Notes: a model not told the origin generated them from the letters alone. DNA of 64,000 nucleotides from Anaerolineales bacterium (GCA_019637675.1 JAHBVE010000003.1:79696-143695), one strand, 5' to 3'. Counted from the stretch's first letter, positions 35,177 to 46,108 are shown. Made by a program: numbers and translations.

Positions 35177-36658
35177 ATGTACAAGACCCCACGCGCCATA
35201 GCCTGGGCGCTGAGCGCCCTGCTGCTCAGCAGCCTGGCCTGCACGACCCTACTCGGCGAACCCGAAGCCGAGCGCGACTACGAGTTGGACCTGCGCCCCA
35301 CCCAGCCGCCAACCCAACCAGCGCCGGCCGTGCTGACCCAGCGCCTTGACGGCCTGCAGCTGCTGCCTGACCTGGCGCTCGCTCCGCCCGCGCGCAGCCC
35401 TAACGACTCCGACCGCCCGCGGCTTAGCGGCGTCATGTACGTCCTGGACACCCAGAACTTCCGCATCCACTACACCCGTGATGGCGAAGACGCCGTACCG
35501 CCCGCCCAAACCACAGATAGCGGCCATCCCGACTACGTCATCGAAGTGGCCCGCGCAATGGAATATTCCTGGTTCGCCTCCATCGACCATTTCGGCTGGG
35601 CGCCGCCCCCGCCAGACTTCGGCCTGGGTGGCGATGATCGCTACGACGTCTATCTCATGAACATCATGGACGAAGACTATGCCGGCTATACCGACTCGGA
35701 CTATGACAACCCGGTCATCGGCGATAACCCCAACAGCCCGCTGGTTGAGCTGGCCTCGACCCATACCCACCTCGTGCTCGACAATGACTATCTTGAGGAT
35801 TACGACTACAACGAAGATGGCACATACCCCACCGCCGGGTTGAATTACATGCGCAGCACCGCCGCCCACGAGTTCCATCACGCCATCCAGTTTGGCTACG
35901 ATGGCGAGGAGCCACACGATTGGGTTTGGGAAGCTACCTCCACCTGGATCGAAGAGGAATTGTTCGACAGCGTCAACGACCCGGTCTACACGCTCGACTC
36001 TGTAATGAAGTCGCCTGACTCGTGCCAGCTGGCCGAAGGCGGCGAAGTTCACGATGATGATCTCGACCGCTGGTATGGCATGTGGATCTTCATGCGCCAT
36101 CTCTCCGAGCAATATGGGCACGGCATTGTGTTGCGCCTGTGGGAGCACATCATCGAGCTGGACGGCTACAACGCCTGGGATGCGCTGCTGGCGGAGTACA
36201 ACACCACCTTCGAAGATGTCTTTCTCGATTACAGCATCGCCCTGTTGACCCGTGACTTTGAAGAGGGGTTGCGCTATCCCACCGTCGCGCTCGAAGGGAC
36301 TGCCAACCTGAATGAATGGTTCGTGCCAGCCAGCGGGGTTCACCAACTCGGGGCTGACTACGTATCCCTGCCCTTCCAAGAAACCATCACCGTCACGCTG
36401 GATGCCGAAGGCATGCTCGGCGCGGTCGTGGGCATTGCCGAAGGCCAGAGCTACGTCTACCCCTTGTGGGACGGCGAGCTCAGCCTCGACAGCAGTTGGC
36501 ATGAGCGCACCTACCTTGTTGTGATGAACATGGAGCGCGCCGTCAATGCCCGCAACTGTTTCAGCAGCGACTATTCCGTCTATGTTGCCGGCGGCGGAAA
36601 CGCGCAGGAGCCTGAATGGAGCCTGGCGGCCCCTAACTTTCAGCCGCCGCGGCCATAA
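35177..36658 (+). CDS. Secreted or lipoprotein zinc metalloprotease candidate (HExxH)
   Basis: Signal peptide ending LLSSLAC, and STAAHEFHHAIQFGYD containing HExxH. Confidence 0.65.
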   Translation: MYKTPRAIAWALSALLLSSLACTTLLGEPEAERDYELDLRPTQPPTQPAPAVLTQRLDGLQLLPDLALAPPARSPNDSDRPRLSGVMYVLDTQNFRIHYTRDGEDAVPPAQTTDSGHPDYVIEVARAMEYSWFASIDHFGWAPPPPDFGLGGDDRYDVYLMNIMDEDYAGYTDSDYDNPVIGDNPNSPLVELASTHTHLVLDNDYLEDYDYNEDGTYPTAGLNYMRSTAAHEFHHAIQFGYDGEEPHDWVWEATSTWIEEELFDSVNDPVYTLDSVMKSPDSCQLAEGGEVHDDDLDRWYGMWIFMRHLSEQYGHGIVLRLWEHIIELDGYNAWDALLAEYNTTFEDVFLDYSIALLTRDFEEGLRYPTVALEGTANLNEWFVPASGVHQLGADYVSLPFQETITVTLDAEGMLGAVVGIAEGQSYVYPLWDGELSLDSSWHERTYLVVMNMERAVNARNCFSSDYSVYVAGGGNAQEPEWSLAAPNFQPPRP

Positions 36659-36741
36659 ATGACCTGGGCATGAGAGAATCCTTAACTGCTTTTTACGGGC
36701 GATATAATCCCTGCCTTACGCCAAAAATTCGAGGTGCAGTT

Positions 36742-37407
36742 GTGAGAAATTCGAAACAAATTCTGGTCACGATGCTGTTGGCAGGCGCGGTTCTCCTCAG
36801 CGCATGCGGCGGCTCTGGCGCCAACACGGATGCCGTGCTGACCGAAGCCGCGCAGATCGCCTTCCAGGCGCTCACTGAGACCGCCGCGGCCGCACCCCCA
36901 ACCGCCACCTTCACACCCGTACCGCCCACCCCCACCTTCACACCTGAACCCCCCACGCCTACGGCTACGCCGGAAGGCGGCGTCACCCCGACCCCGTTCC
37001 CCACTCCTGCTCAGGAGCAACCCAGCACCTCGGGCATCCCCTGCCTGCGTGCCAACCTGGAATGGGAGTCCCACCCGGATGGCGTTGAGATCTATGCCAA
37101 GATCCCCTTCACTAAGATCTGGCGCTTGAAGAACACCGGCTCTTGCACCTGGAAGCGCGACTTTGCCGCCGTCTGGGTCCAGGGTGACCTGATCGGCGCC
37201 GAGACCGTCGTCGAATTCACCGACCGCGAGATCCCGCCTGGCGACTACGCCATGGTGGAGGTCAGCATGCGCGCCCCTGACCGCTCTGGCAACTACAAGG
37301 GCTACTGGATGCTGCGCGGCGATGGTGTCGTCTTCGGCATCGGCAACAACGCCCGCGAATGGTTCTGGGTCGACATCAAGGTTCTCCCCATCTCTGACGA
37401 GGACTAA
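36742..37407 (+). CDS. Lipoprotein with a Pro/Thr linker and a C-terminal NBR1-like Ig-fold domain
   Basis: GTG start after GAGGTG, lipobox LLSAC, and the C-terminus WRLKNTGSCTW...YKGYWMLR... Confidence 0.6.
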   Translation: MRNSKQILVTMLLAGAVLLSACGGSGANTDAVLTEAAQIAFQALTETAAAAPPTATFTPVPPTPTFTPEPPTPTATPEGGVTPTPFPTPAQEQPSTSGIPCLRANLEWESHPDGVEIYAKIPFTKIWRLKNTGSCTWKRDFAAVWVQGDLIGAETVVEFTDREIPPGDYAMVEVSMRAPDRSGNYKGYWMLRGDGVVFGIGNNAREWFWVDIKVLPISDED

Positions 37408-37425
37408 GCCTTGCAACAACAAAAA

Positions 37426-37458
37426 GTGCCCGCTGATATTCAGCGGGCACTTTTTTTT
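37426..37458 (+). terminator. Rho-independent terminator
   Basis: gtgcccgctg-atatt-cagcgggcac followed by tttttttt. Confidence 0.85.
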
Positions 37459-37518
37459 ATCTGTGCTGACACGAAACACTTGATAGGGGGTTATTCGTTA
37501 TAAGACGATGGGAAGCTC

Positions 37519-38289
37519 ATGAATGCACCACGGCCACTCAAAGCCATATTCTTTGACCTGGGCAATACGCTGCTCTACTTTGACGGCGCCTGGCCCGAGG
37601 TCCAGCGCCGGGCTGACGCCCAGCTGCTGGCCCACCTGCAAGACCAAGGGCTGACCCTGGATTCACCCAGCTTCCTGCAGGAGTTTCGTGCCCGCCTGAA
37701 TGCGTATTACGCCCAGCGCGAAGCTGAGTTTGTCGAGCAGACAACAGCCTATGTGCTCAAAACCTTGCTTGCCGACCTGGGGTACCCGGACATTGGCGCA
37801 GGCCAGCTCACCCCCGCCCTGCGCGCCTTGTACGCAGCCTCACAAGCCCACTGGCTACTCGAGGACGACACGCTGGCCACGCTGGAGGCGCTGAAGGCTG
37901 CCGGGTACAAGCTAGCCATCATCTCCAACGCCGGGGACGACGAGGATGTTCAAACCCTGGTTGATAAGGCTGCGTTGCGCCCCTACTTCGAGCTGGTCCT
38001 AAGCTCGGCAGCTTGTGGGGTGCGCAAGCCCAATCCGCGCATTTTTTCTATCGCCCTGGAGCAGCTAGCCGTCCAGGCTAGCGAAGCCGCAATGGTAGGC
38101 GACACCTTGGGGGCAGACATTCTGGGGGCCAACAACGCAGGCATCTTTAGTATCTGGCTCACCCGCCGCGCTGACACCCCCGCCAACCGCGAGCACGCCC
38201 AGACCATCACCCCAAATGCCCAAATCCCTTCTTTGGTGGAGCTTCCCTCCCTCATTAAAGAAATTGCCCAGCCCAAACTAAGTGGGTAG
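37519..38289 (+). CDS. HAD-superfamily hydrolase
   Basis: AIFFDLGNTLL (motif I), ISNAG, and the VGDTLGADI region. Confidence 0.75.
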   Translation: MNAPRPLKAIFFDLGNTLLYFDGAWPEVQRRADAQLLAHLQDQGLTLDSPSFLQEFRARLNAYYAQREAEFVEQTTAYVLKTLLADLGYPDIGAGQLTPALRALYAASQAHWLLEDDTLATLEALKAAGYKLAIISNAGDDEDVQTLVDKAALRPYFELVLSSAACGVRKPNPRIFSIALEQLAVQASEAAMVGDTLGADILGANNAGIFSIWLTRRADTPANREHAQTITPNAQIPSLVELPSLIKEIAQPKLSG

Positions 38290-38512
38290 ATTCTGGCGAA
38301 TCTGTGGCACAATTCGACAATTAAAGCCCTATAATGAATTTCTGTACTACCAGGGCTCGCAATTCGTTGCGGCAATAGCTGGCTGTGCTTTTTTTGTGTT
38401 TGTCAGCTAAAGGCGTAAGCCTAATCTTCAAACCAAAGGAGGTGGTACTCACCAGAAGCGCTGAATTACCTACCTAACCAATCCTTAGTCAAATTTTTAC
38501 GGAGGAGAACAC

Positions 38513-41074
38513 ATGCAACGCAATCGCATTTTGGCGCTGTTCAGCATCCTGCTAATCGCTAGCTTGGTGCTGGGCGCGTGCCAGCCGGCTGCTGAAGCCA
38601 CGGCCACTGAAGCCCCGGCCGAGGCCACGGCAGCCCCTGAAACTGAAGCACCTCCCGCTACCACCCGTGTGGGTGGCTGGCTGGACGAGATCGGCATGAA
38701 GATCGTGGGCGCCGACTCCGCAATCACCCAGATTGCGGCCGGCGACATCGACATCTACACGTCGAACCTCTCCCGCCCGCAGGATGTGCAGGCTGCTGAC
38801 GCAGCTGGCCTGGAGCGCTCGTTCCAGTACGGTATTTACTACGAGTTGACCTTCAACCCGGCCACTGCTGAGGTGGGTGGTGTAGAGTTCCTGAACGGCA
38901 CTCTGAACCCCTTCACCAACGCCACCATCCGCAAGGCGATGAACAACCTCATCGACCGTGACTACATCAACCAGGAAGTGTACGGCGGCCTGGGCACTCC
39001 GAAGTTCTTCTCGTTTGTGTCCGCGTTCCCTGACTACGCTCGCCACGTTGATGTGATCCGCGGCCTCGAGGCCCAGCTGTCCTACGACCCGGATGGCGCC
39101 TCAGCCACCATCTCTGCTGAGATGGAGGCCATGGGTGCCGAGCTGGTGGACGGCAAGTGGAGCTACAACGGTTCCCCTGTCAACATCATCTTCTTGATCC
39201 GCACTGACTCTGACGGCACCCGTGTTCCGGTTGGTGACTACATCTCCAACCAGCTCGAGTCCATCGGCTTCACTGTGACCCGCCAGTACGGCACCTCTTC
39301 TGAGTTGGCCGCCCTGTGGGTGAGCGGTAACGCTCCGGACGGTCTGTGGCACATCTACACCGGCGCCTGGGGCGTTGGTGGTATCACCCGTGATGACGCT
39401 GCTGACTTCCAGTTCTTTGACTCCCCGGACAGCGCCTACGGCTTCACCACGCTGTGGCAGTCCTTCGCCAACCAGATCGCTCCTGAGTACCGCGCTCTGG
39501 CTAACGACCTGGCCAATGCCAACTACTCCACTCTGGAAGAGCGCAAGGCCATGATCAGCGAAGCCCTGCAGTACGCTGCTGACAGCGCCCTGCACGTCTG
39601 GCTGATCGACGGTCAGGCCTTCAGCCCGTGGCAGCCCAACGTTTCCGTGGCCTTCGACTTGGCCGCTGGCGTTGACATCAACCCGCTGACCACCTTCACC
39701 CTGCGCTTCGACGACCAAGAGGGTGGCACCCTGCAATGGGGTACCCCTGACATCTTCGTCGAGCCCGCCAACCCGATCGGTGGTAGCAACTGGACGTACG
39801 ACAACCAGTGGCAGCTGCTGACCCGTGACTCCGCTGTGCTGCTGAACCCGCACACCGGTATCCCCCTGCCGCAGCGCCTCGAAAGCGCTGAAGTGTACGC
39901 GCAGGAAGGCCTGCCCATCGGCACCACCTACGACTGGGTTGACCTGAGCTTCGTTGCCAGCAACGACGTCCCGGCTGACGCCTGGATCGACTGGAACCCG
40001 GAGACCGAGACCTTCATCACCGTGGGCGAAGCTTACCCCGATGGTCTGAGCTCCCTGATCAAGACCGTTGTTCACTACCCCGCCGAGCTGTTCGACCGCA
40101 CTTGGCACGATGGCAGCCCGATGACCGCGGCTGACTTCATCATGCCGATGATCATGACGTTCGCCACTGGCACCGAGGGTAGCCCCATCTACGATGAGGC
40201 CGCCGCTGGTGGTTTGGCTGCGTTCAAGGGCGGCTTCAAGGGCTGGCGCGTAGTTTCCACCGACCCGCTGAGCATTGAGTACTACACCGATGTGTGGACT
40301 CAGGACGCTGAGCTGATCGCTGGCGCTGGCGCCGCTACCCTGTGGCCGGAGTACGGTTACGGTAACGCCGGCTGGCACGCCATTGCGGCTGCCAACTGGG
40401 CCGAGGCTGAAGGCGAACTCGCCTACACCCCGGACAAGGCCGTTCAAGCCGAGGTGGAGCAGACCAACTTCGTTGGTGGCCCCAGCCTGGAAGTCCTGGC
40501 CTCCTACCTGCAGCGTGGCGCCGATGAGGGTTACATCCCCTTCGCTGCCACCATGGGTAGCTACATCACCGCCGAAGAAGCCACTGCTCGCTACAACAAC
40601 CTGCTGGACTTCTACGGCACCTATGGTCACGTCTGGGCTGGTGTTGGTCCTTACATCCTGGAGCAGGCTCTGCTCGTGGAGAAGACCGCCGTTCTGGTGC
40701 ACAACCCGAACTTCACCGACCTGGCTGACAAGTGGTCCGCTTTCGCGGCTCCCAAGGTCGCCACTGCTGAGATCGATGGCTCCGCCCGCGTAACCGTGGG
40801 TGAAGAGGCCACCTTCGACGTTCTGGTGTCCTTCGATGGCGCGGCCTACCCGGCTGACGAGATCTCGAGCGTGAGCTACCTGCTGTACAACGCAGAAGGT
40901 GCTCTGGTTGAGACCGGCTCCGCCGAGTTGAGCGCTGACGGCCACTATGTGGTCACCCTGAGCGGCGAAACCACTGCCGCCCTGGGCGCTGGCTCCAACA
41001 AGCTGGAAGTTGCTGTTGTTGCCATCCCGGTCAGCATCCCGGCCTTCGCCACCTTCGACTTTGTGACCGAGTAA
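38513..41074 (+). CDS. ABC transporter substrate-binding lipoprotein, family 5 (peptide/nickel type), very long (853 aa)
   Basis: Lipobox LVLGAC, an Ala/Glu/Thr linker, a family-5-like core, and an extra beta-rich C-terminal ~120 aa. Confidence 0.8.
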   Translation: MQRNRILALFSILLIASLVLGACQPAAEATATEAPAEATAAPETEAPPATTRVGGWLDEIGMKIVGADSAITQIAAGDIDIYTSNLSRPQDVQAADAAGLERSFQYGIYYELTFNPATAEVGGVEFLNGTLNPFTNATIRKAMNNLIDRDYINQEVYGGLGTPKFFSFVSAFPDYARHVDVIRGLEAQLSYDPDGASATISAEMEAMGAELVDGKWSYNGSPVNIIFLIRTDSDGTRVPVGDYISNQLESIGFTVTRQYGTSSELAALWVSGNAPDGLWHIYTGAWGVGGITRDDAADFQFFDSPDSAYGFTTLWQSFANQIAPEYRALANDLANANYSTLEERKAMISEALQYAADSALHVWLIDGQAFSPWQPNVSVAFDLAAGVDINPLTTFTLRFDDQEGGTLQWGTPDIFVEPANPIGGSNWTYDNQWQLLTRDSAVLLNPHTGIPLPQRLESAEVYAQEGLPIGTTYDWVDLSFVASNDVPADAWIDWNPETETFITVGEAYPDGLSSLIKTVVHYPAELFDRTWHDGSPMTAADFIMPMIMTFATGTEGSPIYDEAAAGGLAAFKGGFKGWRVVSTDPLSIEYYTDVWTQDAELIAGAGAATLWPEYGYGNAGWHAIAAANWAEAEGELAYTPDKAVQAEVEQTNFVGGPSLEVLASYLQRGADEGYIPFAATMGSYITAEEATARYNNLLDFYGTYGHVWAGVGPYILEQALLVEKTAVLVHNPNFTDLADKWSAFAAPKVATAEIDGSARVTVGEEATFDVLVSFDGAAYPADEISSVSYLLYNAEGALVETGSAELSADGHYVVTLSGETTAALGAGSNKLEVAVVAIPVSIPAFATFDFVTE

Positions 41075-41107
41075 TCGGCCAACAAAGCGAAAGTAGCAAG
41101 AACTAAA

Positions 41108-41137
41108 ACAGCGGCAGGGCCTAGGCCCTGCCGCTGT
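41108..41137 (+). terminator. Strong palindromic hairpin between the SBP and permease genes, a likely partial terminator
   Basis: acagcggcagggcc ta ggccctgccgctgt followed by tgcttt. Confidence 0.55.
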
Positions 41138-41266
41138 TGCTTTAACTACCCTTGTTTCCCCTGCTCACCCTCGTTGTGAAAAGGATTCTCATTATAGGGA
41201 AAAGCGTTTTTTGGTATATTATTTGGGCGTTCCGCCCCGCTTCAACCGGAAGCAAGGAGAAATTGA

Positions 41267-42406
41267 ATGAGTGTTACTACGCCAGATCTTGAGGCTCCGC
41301 CAAGCGTACCTCAAGAGCAGACCACTAGTCCTAAGCGCAAGACCAGCACGTTTGCTCGTGTAGCTAAATACACCCTGCTCAAGATGGTTAGTATCTTCTT
41401 GAGTGTGATCATTGCCGTGTACCTAACGATCTTGATCGCTAACATGGGCGGCTATGTTGACCAGATCGTACGCGGCCAGATCCGCGAATTCATTGGCCAA
41501 CAGTTACGGGCTGATCAGAACTACCAGCAAATGGATCCCGCGGCCAAGAATGAGTTCTTTTTGGCCCAGGTTGAACGTGCCGAGAAGCGTTATGGCTTGG
41601 ATAAGCCGTTTGCCGTCCGCAGCCTGACCTTTCTGTGGAACGCGATCCGCATGGACTTTGGCACGGCGCAGTTAATGGCCAGTGATACCGGTTCCCGGCA
41701 AGTCAAGCTAATCATTCTTGACCGCCTGGGGCCAACGCTGTTACTCGTGGGCGCGTCCAATCTGCTGTTGTTCTTCGGCAGTATTGCCCTGGCGCTTATG
41801 TTGTCTCGCTCCTACGGCAATTTCTGGGACAAATTGATCATCGGTTTCTCGCCCACGTCTTCAGCTCCATCGTGGTTCTATGGCTTGTTCCTTATCCTCC
41901 TTTTCGCGGCGGTGCTGAGGTGGCTTCCCTTTGGCGGCATGATCGATTCGCCCCCGCCCCGCGACCAGCTAGGCTATATCCTGAATGTTGGCAAGCACTT
42001 GATCCTGCCTACCTTGGCCATCATTCTTAGCAACTTGTTCATCAGTATCTACAACTGGCGCACATTCTTCCTGATCTATTCCAGTGAAGACTATGTGGAA
42101 ATGGCCAAGGCCAAAGGCTTGAGCGACCGCGACATTCAGTATCGCTACATCTTGCGCCCCACCCTGCCAACCATCATTACCAGCTTCGCCTTGCTGGTGA
42201 TCGGCCTGTGGACTGGTTTGATCCTGACGGAAGGCGTGTTCCAATGGCCTGGCCTGGGGCGCACCTTCATCACCGCCATCGGTCTATATGACACTCCGGT
42301 AATTGTGGCGCTCACCATTATCTATGCCTATTTACTGGCGATTACGGTGTTTGTGCTTGACTTTGTTTACGCCCTGGTTGATCCGCGCGTAAAAATTGGC
42401 AGCTAA
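41267..42406 (+). CDS. ABC transporter permease (DppB/OppB-like)
   Basis: Polytopic, with the EAA-type loop EDYVEMAKAKGLSDR. Confidence 0.85.
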   Translation: MSVTTPDLEAPPSVPQEQTTSPKRKTSTFARVAKYTLLKMVSIFLSVIIAVYLTILIANMGGYVDQIVRGQIREFIGQQLRADQNYQQMDPAAKNEFFLAQVERAEKRYGLDKPFAVRSLTFLWNAIRMDFGTAQLMASDTGSRQVKLIILDRLGPTLLLVGASNLLLFFGSIALALMLSRSYGNFWDKLIIGFSPTSSAPSWFYGLFLILLFAAVLRWLPFGGMIDSPPPRDQLGYILNVGKHLILPTLAIILSNLFISIYNWRTFFLIYSSEDYVEMAKAKGLSDRDIQYRYILRPTLPTIITSFALLVIGLWTGLILTEGVFQWPGLGRTFITAIGLYDTPVIVALTIIYAYLLAITVFVLDFVYALVDPRVKIGS

Positions 42407-42433
42407 GAAACCAAAGAAACAGGTGAACTGAAG

Positions 42434-43780
42434 ATGCAAGGAATAATCAAGGGCTTTCAACAGCTCCTCAAGTATCCCAGCGCCGTGATTGGCCTGGCGC
42501 TCATCCTCATACTTTTCGTCGTGTCCATTCTCACGGTGGTCTTCATCCCGCGTGATGAAGCGATCCGCTTGTGGCGCGGCGGCGAAGCCATCTGGGGCCA
42601 GAACCCCAAGACCGTACCGCCGGCGTGGACCAATCTGTTCCGCTCCAAGAAGCTGCCCGAAACCATCGTGCTCACCCTGAACGATGAAGCTACGCAAACC
42701 GAAATCAACGAACGCAGTGAGGGCGAGAACCGCATCATCGTGTATAGCTTCAACTACACTGCGGACGAGGCCCCTCAGGACGTTGTGTTCAGCTTTACCT
42801 CCAGGTACGCTACGCGCAACCCCTTCGTAAGCATCTTCTGGATCACTCCGGATGGGCGAGAAATTCGCCTGATGGAGCAAGGCATCAACTACAACTTCAG
42901 CTATCGCGCCACGCAAGACACCAAGTTAAGCCGGCGCCTGGGGGGGTTGAGCCCTGAAATCGGCTTGTTTGACAACCCCGAAACCGAGGCGGTTGATATT
43001 CTGAAGGGCCAGTATCAGATCGTTGTTGACTATATAACCTTCGAAAACGACTCAAGCATCTCAAAGGCTGATGTGATTTTGCATGGCAAGGTGTATGGCC
43101 TGTTTGGCACTGACCACCAGCGCCGCGATCTTACGATCGGCATCCTGTGGGGCGTTCCCATTGCTCTGGCGTTTGGCTTGGTGGCATCTTTCGGCACCTC
43201 CATCGCTGCGATCATTTTTGCGGCTCTGGGCGTCTGGTACGGCGGCTGGGTTGATGAGTTGATCCAGCGCATTACGGAGATCAACTTGAACCTGCCGGTC
43301 TTGAGCATTTTGATCATGATCGGCACCTTCTACTCCAAGAGCATCACAACCATTCTTGGAGCCACCGTCTTGCTCAGCATCTTTAGTGGCGCCATCAAGA
43401 GCTACCGCGCCATCTTTATGCAAGTCAAAGAATCCCCATATATCGAGGCTGCTCGTTCCTACGGTGCTAGCAGCTCGCGCATCATCTTTAGCTACCTGAT
43501 CCCACGTGTCACCCCTCTGCTGATCCCGGGGCTGGTGCTGGGCGTGCCCTCCTTCGTGTTCCTGGAAGCCACGCTGGCTTCTCTGAACCTGGGTGACCCT
43601 GTGCTGCCTACCTGGGGCAAGATCATCTATGAGGCGTGGGGTACTGGCGGCGCTGTGTACAATGGCTTCTACTACTGGATCCTGGAGCCTGCGATCCTGC
43701 TGATCATCACCGGTTTGGGTTTTGCGCTGGTCGGCTTTGCGATGGACCGCATCTTCAACCCTCGCTTGCGCGACATCTAA
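42434..43780 (+). CDS. ABC transporter permease (DppC/OppC-like) with a large extracytoplasmic loop
   Basis: ESPYIEAARSYGASS loop, and about 200 aa inserted after TM1. Confidence 0.85.
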   Translation: MQGIIKGFQQLLKYPSAVIGLALILILFVVSILTVVFIPRDEAIRLWRGGEAIWGQNPKTVPPAWTNLFRSKKLPETIVLTLNDEATQTEINERSEGENRIIVYSFNYTADEAPQDVVFSFTSRYATRNPFVSIFWITPDGREIRLMEQGINYNFSYRATQDTKLSRRLGGLSPEIGLFDNPETEAVDILKGQYQIVVDYITFENDSSISKADVILHGKVYGLFGTDHQRRDLTIGILWGVPIALAFGLVASFGTSIAAIIFAALGVWYGGWVDELIQRITEINLNLPVLSILIMIGTFYSKSITTILGATVLLSIFSGAIKSYRAIFMQVKESPYIEAARSYGASSSRIIFSYLIPRVTPLLIPGLVLGVPSFVFLEATLASLNLGDPVLPTWGKIIYEAWGTGGAVYNGFYYWILEPAILLIITGLGFALVGFAMDRIFNPRLRDI

Positions 43781-43808
43781 ACCAAGAAGAAAGACGATTT
43801 CACTTCTC

Positions 43809-44789
43809 ATGACGAACAACACACTACTCAAAGTAGAAGACCTGACCCTGTCCTTTCGCACTTCCAAAGGGACCGTGCAGGCCGTGGACAAGGTTCATTT
43901 TGAAATGCCATCCAACCAGGCTGTGGTGGTGATCGGCGAATCAGGCTGTGGAAAGACCTCGTTTGCCAAAGCCCTGCTGCGCCTGCTGCCTCGCAACATC
44001 GAAGAGTACAGCGGCCGCGTCTATCTGGATGGGCAGGACACCATGGCGCTGGACGACGAGACCTACCGCCAGGACATTCGCTGGGCCAAGATCTCGATGG
44101 TGCCACAGGCGGCCATGAACTCGCTCAACCCTGTCCTGCGTGTAGGTGAGCAGGTAGCAGAACCGCTGATCGTCCACTACGGCATGACCCCTTCCGAGGC
44201 TCTTGAAAAGGCCAAGGAAATGTTCCGCAAAGTTGGCGTGCCGGTTGATTTCCTTGACCGTTACGCCTTTGAGCTCAGCGGTGGTATGCGCCAGCGCGTG
44301 GCGATCGCCATGGCCTTGGTCACCAACCCCAAGCTGATCACGCTGGATGAGCCCACCTCCGCCCTGGACTTGCTGACGCAGGCCAACATCATGAACCTGC
44401 TGAAGCGCGTCAAGAAGGAAACCGACGCCAGCTTCATTCTCATCACGCATGACATCGCCACCTCCAGTGAGTTGGCTGACCGCGTGGTGGTGATGTATGC
44501 CGGCCAGATCGTAGAAGATGCCGACTCGGCCCGCTTCTTCACTCAGCCGCTGCACCCGTACTCGCAGAAGCTGATGGCGAGCGTGCCCCGCCTGCGCGAG
44601 ACGGTAGAGCCGGAGTTCATTACCGGCCAGCCGCCCAGCTTGATCAACCCGCCTACGGGCTGCCGCTTCGCAGAGCGCTGCCCCAAGCGTTTCGATAAAT
44701 GCACGCAGGACCCTCCTCTCTTTGAAGTTGAGGGCCGCAAAGTGAAATGTTGGTTGTACGAACCCGGTAGCAAGGAGCGCAAAAACTAA
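43809..44789 (+). CDS. ABC transporter ATP-binding protein (OppD/DppD-like)
   Basis: Walker A GESGCGKTS, signature LSGGMRQR, Walker B LITLDEPTS, and a C-terminal oligopeptide-type Cys motif. Confidence 0.9.
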   Translation: MTNNTLLKVEDLTLSFRTSKGTVQAVDKVHFEMPSNQAVVVIGESGCGKTSFAKALLRLLPRNIEEYSGRVYLDGQDTMALDDETYRQDIRWAKISMVPQAAMNSLNPVLRVGEQVAEPLIVHYGMTPSEALEKAKEMFRKVGVPVDFLDRYAFELSGGMRQRVAIAMALVTNPKLITLDEPTSALDLLTQANIMNLLKRVKKETDASFILITHDIATSSELADRVVVMYAGQIVEDADSARFFTQPLHPYSQKLMASVPRLRETVEPEFITGQPPSLINPPTGCRFAERCPKRFDKCTQDPPLFEVEGRKVKCWLYEPGSKERKN

Positions 44790-45854
44790 ATGGCTACAAA
44801 GAATAAAACCACGGCTAAGGCCGCTGGCAACAACAGCGAAGATCCCAACGCTCCGTTGCTTTCCGTCAAGAACCTGCGCGTATGGTTCGAATTGCGCCGC
44901 TTTGGCTTTGGCAACGCTGGCTTTGTGCGCGCCGTAGATGGCGTGACCTTTGACCTGCACGAAGGCGAAGCGATTGCCATTGTGGGCGAAAGTGGCTGTG
45001 GCAAATCCAGCCTGATGAAGACCATCCTTGGACTGAACACCCCCACTGAAGGCTCGATCGTCTTCAAAGGGCGCGACATCAGCAACTTCAACCGCCAGGA
45101 TCTCGAGTGGTATCGCTCGCTGATCGGTTATGTCCAGCAGGACCCGTTTGGCTCCCTGGCTCCCTTCATGACCATTGAGCGCATCCTTGAGGAGCCGCTG
45201 ATCATCCACGGCATCAAGGACAAAGAAGAGCGCATGCGCCGCATCCACAAGGTGATGGAGGAGGTCAAGCTCACTCCGCAGGCCGAAGTGCTGCCCAAGT
45301 TCCCTCACCAGATCAGCGGTGGCCAGGCGCAGCGCGTGGTTATTGCGCGTGCCATGATCCTGGAGCCGAAGTTCATCGTAGCCGATGAGCCTGTCTCCAT
45401 GCTTGACGCTTCCGTGCGTGTAGAGATCCTGAAACTGCTGCGCGATCTGCAGTCCAGCCACAAACTGGCCGTGATCTACATCACGCATGACCTTTCCACG
45501 GTTCGCTACTTCTCGGAACGCATCTTTGTGATGTACGCCGGCCAGCTGATCGAAAAGGCCCCGATGGAAGCCCTCCTCAAGAGAGCCCGTCACCCTTACA
45601 CGCAAGCCCTGTTGGCCGCCACGTCTGACCCGGATGCCAACAACGCTTTGCACTACAAAGACGTCCCCCCCGGTGAGCCGCCCAGCTTGGTGAAGCCCCC
45701 AATGGGATGCCGCTTCCACCCCCGCTGCTCACACTTCATGGAAGGGTTGTGCACTCAAGATCCGCCCGAGGTTGCTCCTGAGGCAAACTACTTGACCTCA
45801 TGCTGGCTGTACGACCCGGAACTCGAGGTGAAACTTGCTGAGGCTCAGCGCTAA
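44790..45854 (+). CDS. ABC transporter ATP-binding protein (OppF/DppF-like)
   Basis: GESGCGKSS, ISGGQAQR and IVADEPVS. Confidence 0.9.
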   Translation: MATKNKTTAKAAGNNSEDPNAPLLSVKNLRVWFELRRFGFGNAGFVRAVDGVTFDLHEGEAIAIVGESGCGKSSLMKTILGLNTPTEGSIVFKGRDISNFNRQDLEWYRSLIGYVQQDPFGSLAPFMTIERILEEPLIIHGIKDKEERMRRIHKVMEEVKLTPQAEVLPKFPHQISGGQAQRVVIARAMILEPKFIVADEPVSMLDASVRVEILKLLRDLQSSHKLAVIYITHDLSTVRYFSERIFVMYAGQLIEKAPMEALLKRARHPYTQALLAATSDPDANNALHYKDVPPGEPPSLVKPPMGCRFHPRCSHFMEGLCTQDPPEVAPEANYLTSCWLYDPELEVKLAEAQR

Positions 45855-46077
45855 ACAATACCTGATCTACGGCTTCTTGATGGTCCTGTTCGGGTTCATC
45901 ATGCCGTGGCTGTTCATTCTGCGTATTGTGCAGATCAATTTCTTCCTTGCCTTCTTGAGCTATGCAGTCTCATTGGCGGGATTGCTCTTCGGGATCATCG
46001 GTATTGCCATGATCGGCCTAGAGCGACGCCACAAGGACAGACGGGCACGTGAAGAGTACGGAGAATACGATGAATAA
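45835..46077 (+). CDS. Small two-TM membrane protein (start uncertain)
   Basis: A TTG start overlaps the ATPase gene by 20 nt. There are two hydrophobic helices and a charged tail. An internal ATG (MVLFGF) is an alternative start. Confidence 0.4.
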   Translation: MLRLSAKQYLIYGFLMVLFGFIMPWLFILRIVQINFFLAFLSYAVSLAGLLFGIIGIAMIGLERRHKDRRAREEYGEYDE

Positions 46078-46083
46078 AAAAAA

Positions 46084-46108
46084 CCGCCTGCATTGCAGGC
46101 GGTTTTTT
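46084..46108. terminator. Bidirectional terminator between convergent genes
   Basis: aaaaaaaa-ccgcctgc-att-gcaggcgg-tttttt. Confidence 0.8.

Noticed and set aside
38434-38470. A possible 11-codon upstream ORF (GTG GTA CTC ... TAA) after AAGGAGG in the leader of the ABC operon.
   Set aside because: The SD abuts the putative GTG with no spacer, and nothing else supports translation. It is more likely fortuitous.
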